From an uncultured delta proteobacterium (GTDB lineage: Bacteria; Myxococcota; Kuafuiibacteriia; Kuafuiibacteriales; Kuafuiibacteriaceae): 64,000 bases of DNA. Below, piece by piece: positions 49,301 to 59,279 of this stretch (position 1 is its first letter; each line of letters begins with the position of its first letter). The position numbers and the translations under genes are program-made. The DNA lies in assembly GCA_963803435.1 (NCBI GenBank), contig CAWDML010000001.1:2304001-2368000 (forward strand). Direction: 5' to 3'. Below the pieces are notes generated by a model. The model did not search any database. It was not told the DNA's origin and was given only the letters and a program-made list of their open reading frames with translations.

Positions 49301-50300
49301 CATGACGCCGCCCGAGCGCCCCTCCGCGTTCGAGCCCGGCTCCATGTTCGATCCCGGCGTCATCGCGGGCGGCGGCTTCCGCGCCACCTTCGAGATCCCC
49401 AGCTCGCTCGAGCACTGCGAGATCCACCTCCAGCTCAGCGGCTCGGCACCGTATCTGAGACGCACGCGCGTCGAGACCGGCGACAAGACCAGCGACATGC
49501 AGCTGGTCGCCGAGGGCGGCCTGGTGTGGGCGCTGTTCGAGGAGTCGCGCGCCGAGCTTCACTATCCCCGATCGATCGCGCGCTACGTGCGCGTCACGCT
49601 GCTGCCCGATCCGAACGCGAGCCTCACCACGATCACCGGCGCGGAGCTCGGCTGCGACACGCCAAGCAGCACCATCCCCTCGACGGAGGTCGATCTCCAG
49701 GTCACCAAGATCGATCACAAGGACAAGACCACCGTGGTCGACCTCGACGCCGGGATGGAGGGGGTCCCGTTCCAGGTGGTGACGCTCGACGTCGGCACGA
49801 GCGCCTTCGCCCGCCGCACCACGCTGGCCGCCTCCTCGCACCAGAGCGTCTGGCCCGTGGTCAGCCACGGGCTCATCCAGCGCTACGGAGACAACTACGC
49901 CGACCTCTCGCTGTCCGCCGGGGGCACCCGCAAGCGCTACTTCCAGATCACGATCGACGACGGGGACGACGCGCCGCTCGACATCCGTGGCGCGAAGGGC
50001 CGCCTGCTCACGCGCGAGCTGGTCTTCCGGGCCACCAAGCCTGGGAGGCACCTGCTGTACGTCGGCAACCCCGAGGGCACCGGGGCCCAGTACGATCTGG
50101 CGGATCTGCTGGCGCGCGCCGACGTGGCCCCTCGCCGGGCCTCCTTCGGAGTCCTCGAGCCGAACCCGACCCACGGGCGCCCCGAGGTGGCGGACGATCT
50201 TCCGGCCACGGAGAAGTATCGCAGCACCATCGGCATCGTGCTCGCCGTCGTGCTGCTCGGACTGGCCGTGTGGGCAGTGAAGCTGATCCGCGCCCGTTGA
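46314..50300 (+). CDS. DUF2339 polytopic membrane protein fused to DUF3999-like periplasmic region
   Basis: FEQRLA..FTRVG..LLLGVLYFFKYAVDSEWIGPMGRV, more than 20 TMs, then soluble DVRIADPDGREVPF...GDDAPL...YVGNP...YDL and a C-terminal TM. Confidence 0.85.
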   Translation: MDEFLLGASVVLFLASLVLPVIAFVLIYSTRKRLANVEAGLEKRERELRFLYERTSTAAAAPKVAREPELKPAPVLAPEPKWTPEAELEPPTAPVAPALPPEPEPAPERASPAFQQEEPTKPPPPPPIPFEQRLATIFTRVGAGALLLGVLYFFKYAVDSEWIGPMGRVLIGAFFGLGFLVFAEIVRSRTRAAYVSAVVGIGLACLYISAYASSAFYHLIPTEAAFAANAIILILGAALAWRHQAEAILVLVLIAGFLNPVLLSTGVDRPFALFSYLLVMTSVVLLVATHHGFRIAVPLSMLGVAFLFGGWYQRFFDTHDLTGLGDYPPEQLHGAYFDLTARLVPLLAVLLFALQWIAVAFRLRQIGKLPGFVKPIAVFALVVAHAGLTALLYDRAIHLGAAMVLLGVGSVLALRALDATRHLLFPMLAAFLLLLGLTEHAHSWNQTAVVALLGVWTAIYVVAFLRDFSAEHREITTGHAVRAGIALGSFAILASAVLLPSEKAIGAAIALTGTAAALSVVAHRARLPWMNLLTLLGTFLPMSIAMLIAQENSAHWAPIAVGIALLWAIAVGTAPMLAALREPEPRIVHLFSLALAELCFLGLALMTTHDDVPTLRALLTGATGAASLGLAGYLASTRSRLAAWRTLLAALALGLFAPAIAFALSGATITVLWAILTAVAALILAETREKAWLITVVLLAVATLTRIVAVDVPEASELIRSFEWSQGRTGVLALPAFFNFRAYAFFGTGFGFLGGAFLLGRSLKARPDKTLAPVAGMLAIVAYTLLTIVLIVEVRAWLLQLPPVPPVAFDTEEFNVFMDSVREARAAQHNLLAMASTVVLAGVASLLLAIGFIAKDAFHRYLGLTVFLATIGKLVGWDVWNLARIYQVVALTVVGALLLGSGFLYARLKGLFKATAVSLLLLGVALPARAETDAPLTNPVATHEYAHRRTIDGVDGVGDYVVRLDADLFRHSTARALFDDVRIADPDGREVPFITRMTPPERPSAFEPGSMFDPGVIAGGGFRATFEIPSSLEHCEIHLQLSGSAPYLRRTRVETGDKTSDMQLVAEGGLVWALFEESRAELHYPRSIARYVRVTLLPDPNASLTTITGAELGCDTPSSTIPSTEVDLQVTKIDHKDKTTVVDLDAGMEGVPFQVVTLDVGTSAFARRTTLAASSHQSVWPVVSHGLIQRYGDNYADLSLSAGGTRKRYFQITIDDGDDAPLDIRGAKGRLLTRELVFRATKPGRHLLYVGNPEGTGAQYDLADLLARADVAPRRASFGVLEPNPTHGRPEVADDLPATEKYRSTIGIVLAVVLLGLAVWAVKLIRAR

Positions 50301-50353
50301 CCGGTGTCGTTTCGCACATCGAGCCTGCGCACCCCCGGTGTACGCTGGAGGAC

Positions 50354-52132
50354 GTGCCCCGCGCGCTCTTCGCAGTGCTCCTGATCGTGATCGGGTGCTC
50401 CGACTCGGAGCCGCGGCTCCCCCGGTCGACGACACCAAGGTGGTCGTCTACTTCCCGATCGAGAACGGCCGCGTGTTCGGGCGCGGGTTCGCCGGCGCCG
50501 CCTCTTCGCCGTTCGTCTACGTCGCCGCTCACCCTGAGCGCACCAACTCGATCGTCCCCGCCGCGCCCGACGGTACCTTCTCCTTCGACCTGGTCGCCGA
50601 GACGGGCAACGTCGTCGAGATCGCCCCGGCCGGGGATAGGGGCGCGCGCGACCGCGGCACGCCGATCTTCTTCCGCGTACCCGAACCCCCGAACGCGTCG
50701 ATCGGCCGCTTCTACTGCTGCGCCGAGACCGGCACCTGCCAGTCGCAGTTCGACGCCGAGGAGCAGGTCCCGTGCAAGCCGTACCAAGCGGGACTCATCC
50801 GCTGCGACGAGGACGCGGACTGCTTCGGTCTCGCCAACGAGGTGCTCCCGATCGACGTCAGCCGGATCGACGTCTCACCTCCGGATACCGAGGGGCGGAT
50901 CTCAATCGCGGGCACGGTGCTCCCGATGGCGCTGGTCACCATCGAGAATCGAGCCCTCACCGGCCTCGGCGTGGGCCTGCCGCGCTGGAAGAGGACGACG
51001 GTCGCCGATCTGGAGGGCGCCTTTTACTTCGACAACCTCGCGGCCCGCGGGGACGACGAGCTGGTGGTTCAGCTGCGCAACCTCGAGAACCTGCGATCTC
51101 CGCCCGCTCAGTTGATCGTGCCGGATCCACCGTTCACCTCGCTCGACGTGGTGTCCGTCGAGGGCTGGGAGCCCGTCGACGCGAGCGAGCACGGGGTGAT
51201 CGCGGTGCGCGTGGCGCCCGGAGGGATCGACGGGCGCGGCATCTGTCCCGACAGCCGCGAGGATCCGTCCACCTGCTTCACCGGCGGCCTGTTCCACTCC
51301 ATGATCACGTCCATCGACGCCCGGCTGGCGCGCACCGGCGGAGGCCCCAGCATCGCCCCGCGTCCCGCCGCCGTCACCGAGGCGCGCCCCCACGTCGTCG
51401 GCGCGCAGGGTGAGGTCCGCGATCCCGCGAAGGACATCGTCATCGCCATCGACATGAGCGCGGGCGCTTCGGCGCAGGATCCGCCGAAACAGCGGAGGTT
51501 CGCCGCGGCCGCCGAGCTGGTCCGGCGTCTGAGGGATCGAGATTCGGGTCGGGTTGGTGGCCATCGGCGGCGGCGGCCGCGAGGTCGCGGTCGGTCCCGC
51601 ACAGGAGGTGATCGCGGAGCTGGCCGCGCTCGAAGGCGAGCCCACCACCGGCGAGCGCGACCTGTTCCTCGCGCTCGCGCGGGCCCGCGCGATGCTGACC
51701 TCCGAGTCCCGCCCGGGCAGCATCGTCGCCATCATGATGGGCGGCGTGTCGGGGGACGCCGATCCGACCGTCGAGCGGGCCACCGCCCTGCGCGAGGAGC
51801 TCGGCGATGCCCGGGTCGACATCATCACGATCGGCGCGGGGCCCGGCGGCAACCTGGAGGCGCTCCGCCGCCTGGCGCGCTTCGGCGACGCCCCTGGAGA
51901 GGTCGTCGACCTCGAGTCGATCGCCGGGCTCGAGCGGACCGTCTACGATCTCGCCGACACGCTGGTGGGCTCGTTCATCCTGCTCTACGAGGTCGACCTT
52001 CCGAACGTCGGCAAGCAGGATTGCGTCGAGCTCGATCTCACGGCCGAGATCGGCGGCGCATCCCTCGACGCGCACTTCCGCGGCGTGGTCTCGTTCGAGG
52101 GCGCGGCGGGCGATCCGTCGCCGTGCAACTGA
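50354..52132 (+). CDS. Lipoprotein with Ig-like domains, Cys-rich linker and vWA domain (frameshifts near 50421 and 51543)
   Basis: VPRALFAVLLIVIGC signal. Collinear with paralog 52778-54638 once both shifts are corrected. DIVIAIDMS...RDRVGLVAIG. Confidence 0.78.
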
Positions 52133-52136
52133 AGGG

Positions 52137-52559
52137 CTACTTCGCCTTTTCGAGCGCGCGAGCGCGCTGCTTGCGGCCGTGCTTGCTCTTGAGGCGCTGC
52201 TCGGGCGTCTGCTTCTTCGGGCGCTCCGGGAAGCGCTGACGGGAAATGTCGAGGAGGCGGGCCTTGGTGAAGCCTTCGAGCTTCGTCCGCAGCGCCTCGT
52301 CCGCGGTGAAGCCGGCGGCCTTGCGCTTCTCGAGGATGTGCTTGATCAGGCCGTCCTTGTCGCCGAAGCGCTCGCGGACCTTCTGCTCGGCCTGGTAGAG
52401 ACGGAGCAACTTCTTGTTCGAGAGCGCCATCAGCCGCGACTTCACATCGGCCGCGCTGCTGTCGCCGTGCTGCTTGTCGACCATCTCGGAGAGCTTCTCG
52501 ACCAGGTTGGTCCGGCTCTCGAAGCTCTTCGTCACCGTCTGGTGGGGGGTGGGTTTCAT
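52137..52559 (-). CDS. Small highly basic protein with internal duplication
   Basis: Strong RBS AAGGAGG. Two similar halves (V..xF..+..L+..+ ... +L...[ST]..+LL.+), K/R-rich tail. Confidence 0.8.
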   Translation of the reverse strand: MKPTPHQTVTKSFESRTNLVEKLSEMVDKQHGDSSAADVKSRLMALSNKKLLRLYQAEQKVRERFGDKDGLIKHILEKRKAAGFTADEALRTKLEGFTKARLLDISRQRFPERPKKQTPEQRLKSKHGRKQRARALEKAK

Positions 52560-52777
52560 CGATCCTCCTTGGGGACCAGCCGGGTCCTACCCGGCCGGCA
52601 TGCCGTCATCGAGCCGCGTCCGCTACCGCGCTCGCGGCCGAGTCGCAAGCAAATTCCAGCGGTTCCGGGCTCCGGTTCCCCGACCGATCCGCCGAGAGTC
52701 GCCGCCCGCACCCGGAACAGTTTCCTCCCCTCCCCGTGTTGAGCCGGCCAGGGCCCGGGCGCTAACATGCTTATTTC

Positions 52778-54638
52778 GATGGGCGAGCGCGGATCGGGCT
52801 TGAGATTTTGGGCGGTTGCAGCATCGGCCTGGGCGCTCGCCGGAAGCTGCGCCGGCGAGACGCCGCCGAGCGATCTGGGCCCGCCGGACCTCTCCAAGAT
52901 CTCCGTATTTTACCCGGTCGACGGCCTGGTCCGCGGCCGAGGACTGGCCGCCACCGTCAACGACACCCGCGCCACCCACGTCCGCATCGCGTCCCATCCC
53001 ACCAAGGGCGAGACCATCGTCCCGGTCCAGTCCGACGGTTCGTTTGCGTTCTCGGTCATCGCGATCTCCGGGGACCTGCTCGAGATCTCCGCGGCCACCG
53101 ACGACAAGGCGACCCGGCGCGGGGAGCCGGTCTACCTGGTGGTACCGCCGACCCCGCTGCCACCACCGAACTTCGTCTGCTGCGGCGCGCGCCAGGGCCG
53201 CAACGGAACCTGCCAGGACGAAGACTCGGCCGCCGCCGGCAACCCTTGCCCCGACGCGGCCACCGGCATCACCCAATGTCAGGTCGATCGGGACTGCGGC
53301 GCCGAGAGCGGTGAGATCCTGCCGTTCGACGAGTCGCGCATCACGATCACCTCGCCGAGCGCCGAGGGTCGGATCACCATCTCGGGCACGGTCCTGCCCG
53401 ACGCGCTGATCACGATGGAGAACCGGGGCCAGTCGGCGGTCGGCGGCTACAAGCCCACCCAGCGACGGCAGGTCCGGATCACCGACAAGAACGGGAACTT
53501 CGTCTTCGACAGCGTGGTCGCACGGGGCGACGACGAGCTGATCTTCCAGGTGCACGATCTGCTCGGGTTCCGCTCGCCGGAAGCGTCGATGCTGGTGCCG
53601 GACGCAGAGATCGCGGGCGTCGATGTCACGGGAGCCTTCGCCTATTCACCGCTCACACCCGGACAGATCGGGACGATTGCCTTCCTGTTGCAGCCCTACG
53701 GTGTGGATGGACGGGGCATCTGCCCCAACACCGACGAGGATCCGATCCTCTGCCTGTCCGGCGGGCTGACGCACAAGATGGTCGGCATCAAGAACCTCGA
53801 CATCGACGGCGAAGCGCTAGCGGCCGTTCCCACCACCACCACCGCCGCCGAGCCCTACTCGCGGGGCCTCCTGGGCGGGAGCGATCCGCTCGCCGGCCCG
53901 CAGGACCTGGTGATCGCGCTCGACATGAGCGCCAACGCCGCGAAGATCGACAGCTCGACCCCGCCCCAGCGCTTCGAGCAGGTCCGCGACTTCGTCCACG
54001 GCCTCCGCAGTCGGGACTCCGTGGCCCTGGTGACCTTCGGCGGCACCATCGAGGCCCGCACCGGGCTGGTCGGCGGCGATCACGCCGCGGTGCTCGCCGA
54101 GCTGCAGAGCCTGGAGAGCGCCCAGGCCGCCGGGCCCGCCAACGTCTTCCAGGGCATCTCGTTCTCGGCCGCCCTCCTCGAGGACGCTCGGACCCGGAGG
54201 CCGGGTCGCATCATCGTGATCACGCTCAGCGATGAGCCGGGCACGCTCCAGGAGGCGACCGCGAGCTTCGACGCCGCCTTCGACAAGGTGAGCGAGAACC
54301 CGTCGTCCGGCTTCCCCGGCTGGACCGTCGACGTGCTGGCGGTCGAGATCCCCGGCGACGACGCGAACGTCACGCTGCTCTCGGACATCGCCGCGTTCAC
54401 CCGGGGCCAGTTCTACAACGTCCTCAAGTTCTATCGGTTCACCGTGGGTCAGACGCTCGCCGAGCTCCGCTCGACGCTCTCCGGCTCCTTCATCCTCCTT
54501 TACGACCTGCCCATCCCGGTCGGGATCGGTAAGGAGGGCACGATCAGGTTCACCGCCGAGGTGGCTCTCCCGGAATCCGAGCGCGTCCAGGCGGACTACT
54601 CGGGCCCGCTCCTCATCTATCATGGAATCGAAAACTGA
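52778..54638 (+). CDS. Lipoprotein with Ig-like domains, Cys-rich linker and vWA domain
   Basis: Signal ..ALAGSC, ARGDDEL motif shared with upstream paralog, DLVIALDMS, DSVALVTFG, IIVITLSD. ORF track start 52767. Confidence 0.85.
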
Positions 54639-54653
54639 CAGGCCCCAGGAGAA

Positions 54654-57600
54654 ATGATGCATCTTCGTTCGTTCGTCTTGATCGCGGTCTGTGGAACTCT
54701 GGGTTGGGCCGGGTATGGGGTATCAGTGCTGCGCGCCGGGAACGAGGCGCCGTTCTCGGAGGTCCTCGCCGCGGCCGGAGGCGAGTCCGGCTTCATGTCC
54801 AACAGCGACACGGGCGGCGGCAAGGACACGTACCGCATCTCCGCGTTGTCGGTCTTCTCGAACGTCGCGCTCCACGTAAAAGACAACTACGTCGATCCGG
54901 AGCGGATCGATCCGAAGGAGATGCTGATCTCCGCGCTGCGCGAGATCGAGCGCCAGGTCGCCGAGGTGCTGGTCGAGGACCTTGGTAACGGCCGCCTCAG
55001 CGTGCGCGTCATGGACCACGAGAAGGTGGTCTATATCGACGACGTCGAGAGCCTCTGGGAGATCAACCTCAAGCTGCGCGACGTCTTCCGATTCTTCGAG
55101 AAGTATCTACCTCCGCAGCAGGACGTCCGGGCCATCGAGTACGCTGCGGTCAACGGCGCCCTCGCCACGCTGGATCCCCACTCGGTCTTGCTGAAGCCGG
55201 AGGCGTTCGCCGAGATGAAGACCTCCACCAAGGGGGAGTTCGGCGGCCTCGGTATCGTGATCTCGGTGCGGGAGAGCAAGCTGACGATCGTTTCGCCCCT
55301 CGAGGGCACGCCCGCGTCCCGGGCCGGCTTGAAGGCCGGCGACGTGATCTCGCGGATCGGTGACGTCTCGACCGTCTCCATGCCGATCGAAGAGGCCGTG
55401 CGCATGCTGAGAGGCCCCGAGGGCTCGAAGGTGACGATCTGGGTCGACCGCAAGGGCTGGTCCGACTCGAAGCGCTTCGACATCGTTCGCGAGCGGATCA
55501 AGATCGAGTCGGTCGAGAGCAAGCTGCTCTCGAACAACGTCGGCTACATCAAGATCAAAAACTTCCAGCAGAACACCGGAAAGGACCTCGAGGATCAGCT
55601 CGACGACCTGAAGCACAAGGCGGACGGCAACCTGAAGGGCATCGTCGTCGATCTGCGCAACAACCCGGGCGGGCTGCTCGAGCAGGCGATCCGCGTCAGC
55701 GACAAGTTCCTCACCTCGGGCGACATCGTGACGACGGTCGGCTACGGCAACAAGCTGCGCGAGCCCAAGCGGGCCCGCTGGTCCGGTACGGAATCGGAGC
55801 TGCCGATCGCGGTGCTGGTCAACAAGGGGTCGGCCTCCGCCTCGGAGATCGTCGCGGGCGCGCTCAAGAACCTCGATCGCGCGGTGATCATCGGCGAGCG
55901 GACCTTCGGCAAGGGCTCGGTCCAGGTGCTGTACGACTTCGCCGACAACTCCGCGCTCAAGCTGACGATCGCCCAGTACCTCACGCCCGGCGGGATTCTC
56001 GATCCAGAACGAGGGTGTGGCCCCCGACTTCGAGCTCAAGCCGGCCAAGCTCGAGGAGAACTCGGTCCACCTCTTCTACGAGCCCGACGGCCACCGGGAG
56101 AAGAACCTCGACAAGCACCTCGATCGGGCCGGGACCAAGGCGATCCCGGAGAGCCATCCGAAGTTCACCCTGAAGTACCTCCAGGATCGGCCGCAGGACG
56201 ACGAGGATGTGGAAGAAGTGGCCGAGGACGATTTCAGCACCTTCGAGGAGGACTACCAGATCAAGTTCGCCCGCGAGTTCCTCTCCGCCGACGGACACCG
56301 CTCGCGCCAGAAGATGATCGAGCGGTCCGGTCCGTTCCTCCAGTCCCGCCAGAGCACGGAGGAGAAGCGGATCATCGAACGGATGAAGGCGCTCGGCATC
56401 GACTGGAGCGAGGGCCCGAAGGACGCGGGGATCGCGAAGATCGACGTCGATCTGACGCTTGCCAAGGGCGGCACCAAGGGCCGCATCGAGGCGGGCTCCG
56501 AGGTCGAGCTGGTGGCGACGGTGACCAACACCGGCGCCGGGCCGGTCCATCGGCTGCGCGGGCTGATCGAGTCGGAGCACCCGGCGTTCAAGGGCCGCGA
56601 GTTCCTCTTCGGCAGGCTGGATCCCGGCCAGACGCGCAAGTGGTCGATCACCACCAAGATCCCGAAGGAAGCGGCGTCGCGATCCGACGTCCTCACGCTG
56701 ACCCTCGCCTCTTCATCGGGCGACGTCGCCGGTGAGGCGGTGCTGCCGGTCGTCACCAAGTACGTGCCCCATCCGCAGTTCGCGTACACCTACGGGTACG
56801 ACGACGAGAAGCGCGGCGACGGCGACGGCGTCCTCGAGGTCGGCGAAGGCGTCGACTTCCTGATCTTCGTGACCAACACGGGTCCCGGCGACGCCGACGA
56901 TGTCTCGCTGCGGCTCAAGTCGGCGGCGAACGAACAGCTGTTCCTCGAGCGCGGCCGGGCCAGCATCGGACCGATCAAGTCGGGCGAGACGCGCATGGGC
57001 CGGCTCAGGTTCCGGATCCCCTCGAGCTCGCACATCGCCAACCAGGATCTCGCGCTGGAGCTGACGATCTACGACAGCGGAACCGGCGAGTGGCTCGAGG
57101 ATCAATTCGCAGTGGTCGCGAAGGCGGCGCACTACAACAAGCTGGTGAAGAAGACGGGGCTCGGCACGATCGCGCGCGATGCGGTGGTCTACGCCATCCC
57201 GGGGAGCGACATCCTCGCCTCCGCGAAGAAAGGGACCAAGCTCAGCGTCGACGGCAAGAATGGCGAGTTCTACCGGGTCGGTCTCGTCGACGAGGCCACC
57301 GGCTGGGTCAAGGCGAGCGACCTCAAGCTCAAGAGTGGCCAGCAGAAGACCCCCGCACTGGTGTCGTACCGGCCCAAACGCCGCCCGCCGACGATCGAGC
57401 TCTCGAACGATCTGGGGGGCAGCGTCGTGGATTCGGAGACCGTGGAGCTCAGCGGCAAGATCGCGGGGCGCAGCCTGCGAGACATGTACGTGCTCGTGAA
57501 CGACAAGAAGGTCTTCTTCAAGAGCGGGCCCGAGGCCCAGCCCGGCACGGCCGATCCAACCGGCATCGCGGAGCCCAACGATCACTCGGTCGAGCTCCCG

Positions 57601-57771
57601 TTCAAGCTCGATCTGCGCCTCGACGAAGGCCTGAACAAGGTGCTCGTGGTGGCTCGGCTCGACGAAAAAGTGATCAGCTACCGAAGCTTGTTCGTATCTC
57701 GCCGCGCCAGCCCGCACCCAGCGGTCGCCACCACCGACACGCCGGCGAAGACGGCAAAGCAATCGCCGTAG
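54654..57771 (+). CDS. S41 carboxyl-terminal protease, long myxobacterial (MXAN_5808-like) form; frameshift near 55996
   Basis: TLDPHS, GEFGGLGI PDZ, DLRNNPGGLL, SASASEIVAGAL, TFGKGSVQ, LKLTIAQYLTPGG, continuing after a 1-base correction as ISIQNEGVAPD into CARDB/SH3-like domains. Confidence 0.9.
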
Positions 57772-57834
57772 TAGACCGCATCGTGACCTGTGGCACGCGT
57801 CCACGACGGTCACCACGAGCTCATCCATCCTCGC

Positions 57835-57850
57835 TGGCCTTCTCTTTGCT
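57835..57850 (+). promoter_or_regulatory. Sigma-54 promoter of hemerythrin gene
   Basis: TGGCCTTCTCTTTGCT (GG-N10-GC with TTGC). Confidence 0.6.
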
Positions 57851-57862
57851 CGCGGTCGAGGG

Positions 57863-58435
57863 ATGGCGAACATCTTCAAGCAACTCTCAGACGAGCACGA
57901 CGAGATCCGAAAACTCATCGAGACCCTCGCTCAGGACGAAGGCGACCGCATGCCCGTCTTCGACGAGCTGCGCCGCACGCTGCTCGCCCACTCGAAGGGT
58001 GAAGAGGAAGAGTTCTACTCGCAGATTCGATCGCTCGACGAAGAGATCGCGTCCAGGGTCGAGGATTCGCTCCAGGAGCACCAGGAGATCGAGAAGATTT
58101 TCCAGCGGATGGTGCGCTCGCTCAGCGATGACGAGCGATTTGCCGTTTGGCTGGAGGAGCTTCGAGACAACGTGGAGCAGCACACCGACACCGAGGAGAG
58201 TGAGCTCTTTCCGCTGGTGGAACAGCACATGTCCGAGTCGGAGCTGGCAGAGCTCAACGATCGCTACCTCGCTGCCCGGCAGGCCGCCATGGAGGCGCTC
58301 GAGCCGACCGGCGACGCCTACTCGCACATGACGAAGGATGAGCTCTACGAGGAGGCGAAGGCGGCGGACATCTCGGGGAGGTCGACGATGACCCGCGAAG
58401 AGCTCGAGGAGCAGCTCCGCGAGCTCGAGGAATGA
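57863..58435 (+). CDS. Hemerythrin (HHE) domain protein with C-terminal Rho-N-like motif
   Basis: LSDEHDEI, LLAHSKGEEEEFY, EHQEIE, QHTDTEESELFP. Tail MTKDELYEEAKAADISGRSTMTREEL. Confidence 0.88.
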   Translation: MANIFKQLSDEHDEIRKLIETLAQDEGDRMPVFDELRRTLLAHSKGEEEEFYSQIRSLDEEIASRVEDSLQEHQEIEKIFQRMVRSLSDDERFAVWLEELRDNVEQHTDTEESELFPLVEQHMSESELAELNDRYLAARQAAMEALEPTGDAYSHMTKDELYEEAKAADISGRSTMTREELEEQLRELEE

Positions 58436-58439
58436 GCGG

Positions 58440-58862
58440 TCACTGGGGCCGACCGACGAAGCCGCTGGAGAAGTGACGGATTGTTCCGGTCGCGACTCCG
58501 TCGCTGATCTGGGCGTCCTCGACCCTGCGGTACTCCGGGCTGCCGGCGCTCCAGTAGAAGATCAGGCTCGCCGGATCCGAGTCGCTGTACGGCATGGTCA
58601 CGCGGACCGGCTGCGCGAAGTCGGTGCCGTTCGGGGCGCACGACCAGACCTCGCTGACGGCCGTGAAGGGCGCGTCGCTCGGGAGCGCGATCTTCTCCAG
58701 CACGACGTGGATCTCCTGGCTGACCGCGCCCGCCGGGAACTCGAGCGTGGGTCCGCCCGCCACCGAGACGGTGCCTCCCTCGGGGCCGATCACGTCGGGA
58801 TCGGCCCCGCAGCCGAGGCTCGCGCCGAGGAGGATCAGTATGGGAAGGAGGCGCCTCCGCAT
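58440..58862 (-). CDS. Small ZU5-like-domain lipoprotein
   Basis: Lipobox SLGC, IGPEGGTV, LEFPAGAV, PNGTDFAQPVRVTMPY, IRHFS. Confidence 0.8.
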   Translation of the reverse strand: MRRRLLPILILLGASLGCGADPDVIGPEGGTVSVAGGPTLEFPAGAVSQEIHVVLEKIALPSDAPFTAVSEVWSCAPNGTDFAQPVRVTMPYSDSDPASLIFYWSAGSPEYRRVEDAQISDGVATGTIRHFSSGFVGRPQ

Positions 58863-59206
58863 CCGGCGGACTCTACCACGTGGAGGCGCTCGTCGATGGC
58901 GGCGCGGTCGTCCGGGGCCAGCTGGGAGAACCGAACGCGCACGAAGAACGGATGATCCCGATCCCGCGTCCCTTCCATCGGATCATAGTCGATGAGCTCG
59001 GCGGTCGCCCGGCGGACCCGGGACTCTCCCGGCAGGCTGAAGGCGATCTGAAATCGCTGCGCCTCGGGGGCCCGCGGAAACTCGAACCCCACCCCGCCGG
59101 TCGAGACGTCCCCGAGGCGATCGGTCCAGGCGCGGTCATCCCCCAGGCCGCGCACGAAGAGCCGAGTCGGGATTCGGATGCTGTTGCGACGCTCCATGTG
59201 CGGCAT
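58835..59206 (-). CDS. Single-domain PilZ protein (c-di-GMP receptor)
   Basis: ERRNSIR (RxxxR) and DVSTGG (DxSxxG), FSLPG, VRF..L. Confidence 0.82.
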   Translation of the reverse strand: MPHMERRNSIRIPTRLFVRGLGDDRAWTDRLGDVSTGGVGFEFPRAPEAQRFQIAFSLPGESRVRRATAELIDYDPMEGTRDRDHPFFVRVRFSQLAPDDRAAIDERLHVVESAGCGGASFPY

Positions 59207-59279
59207 GGTGATCCGAGGTGATCGATCGGTCAAAAAATCGGGCCGCGGTCCCGGCCGGGCTAGAGTCCGGAGGCTGAGG

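Noticed and set aside
55990-56000. Programmed ribosomal frameshift separating the S41 catalytic domain from its C-terminal domains
   Set aside because: No slippery heptamer or stimulatory structure. The same GATTC anomaly occurs in two unrelated genes, which points to a sequencing artefact.
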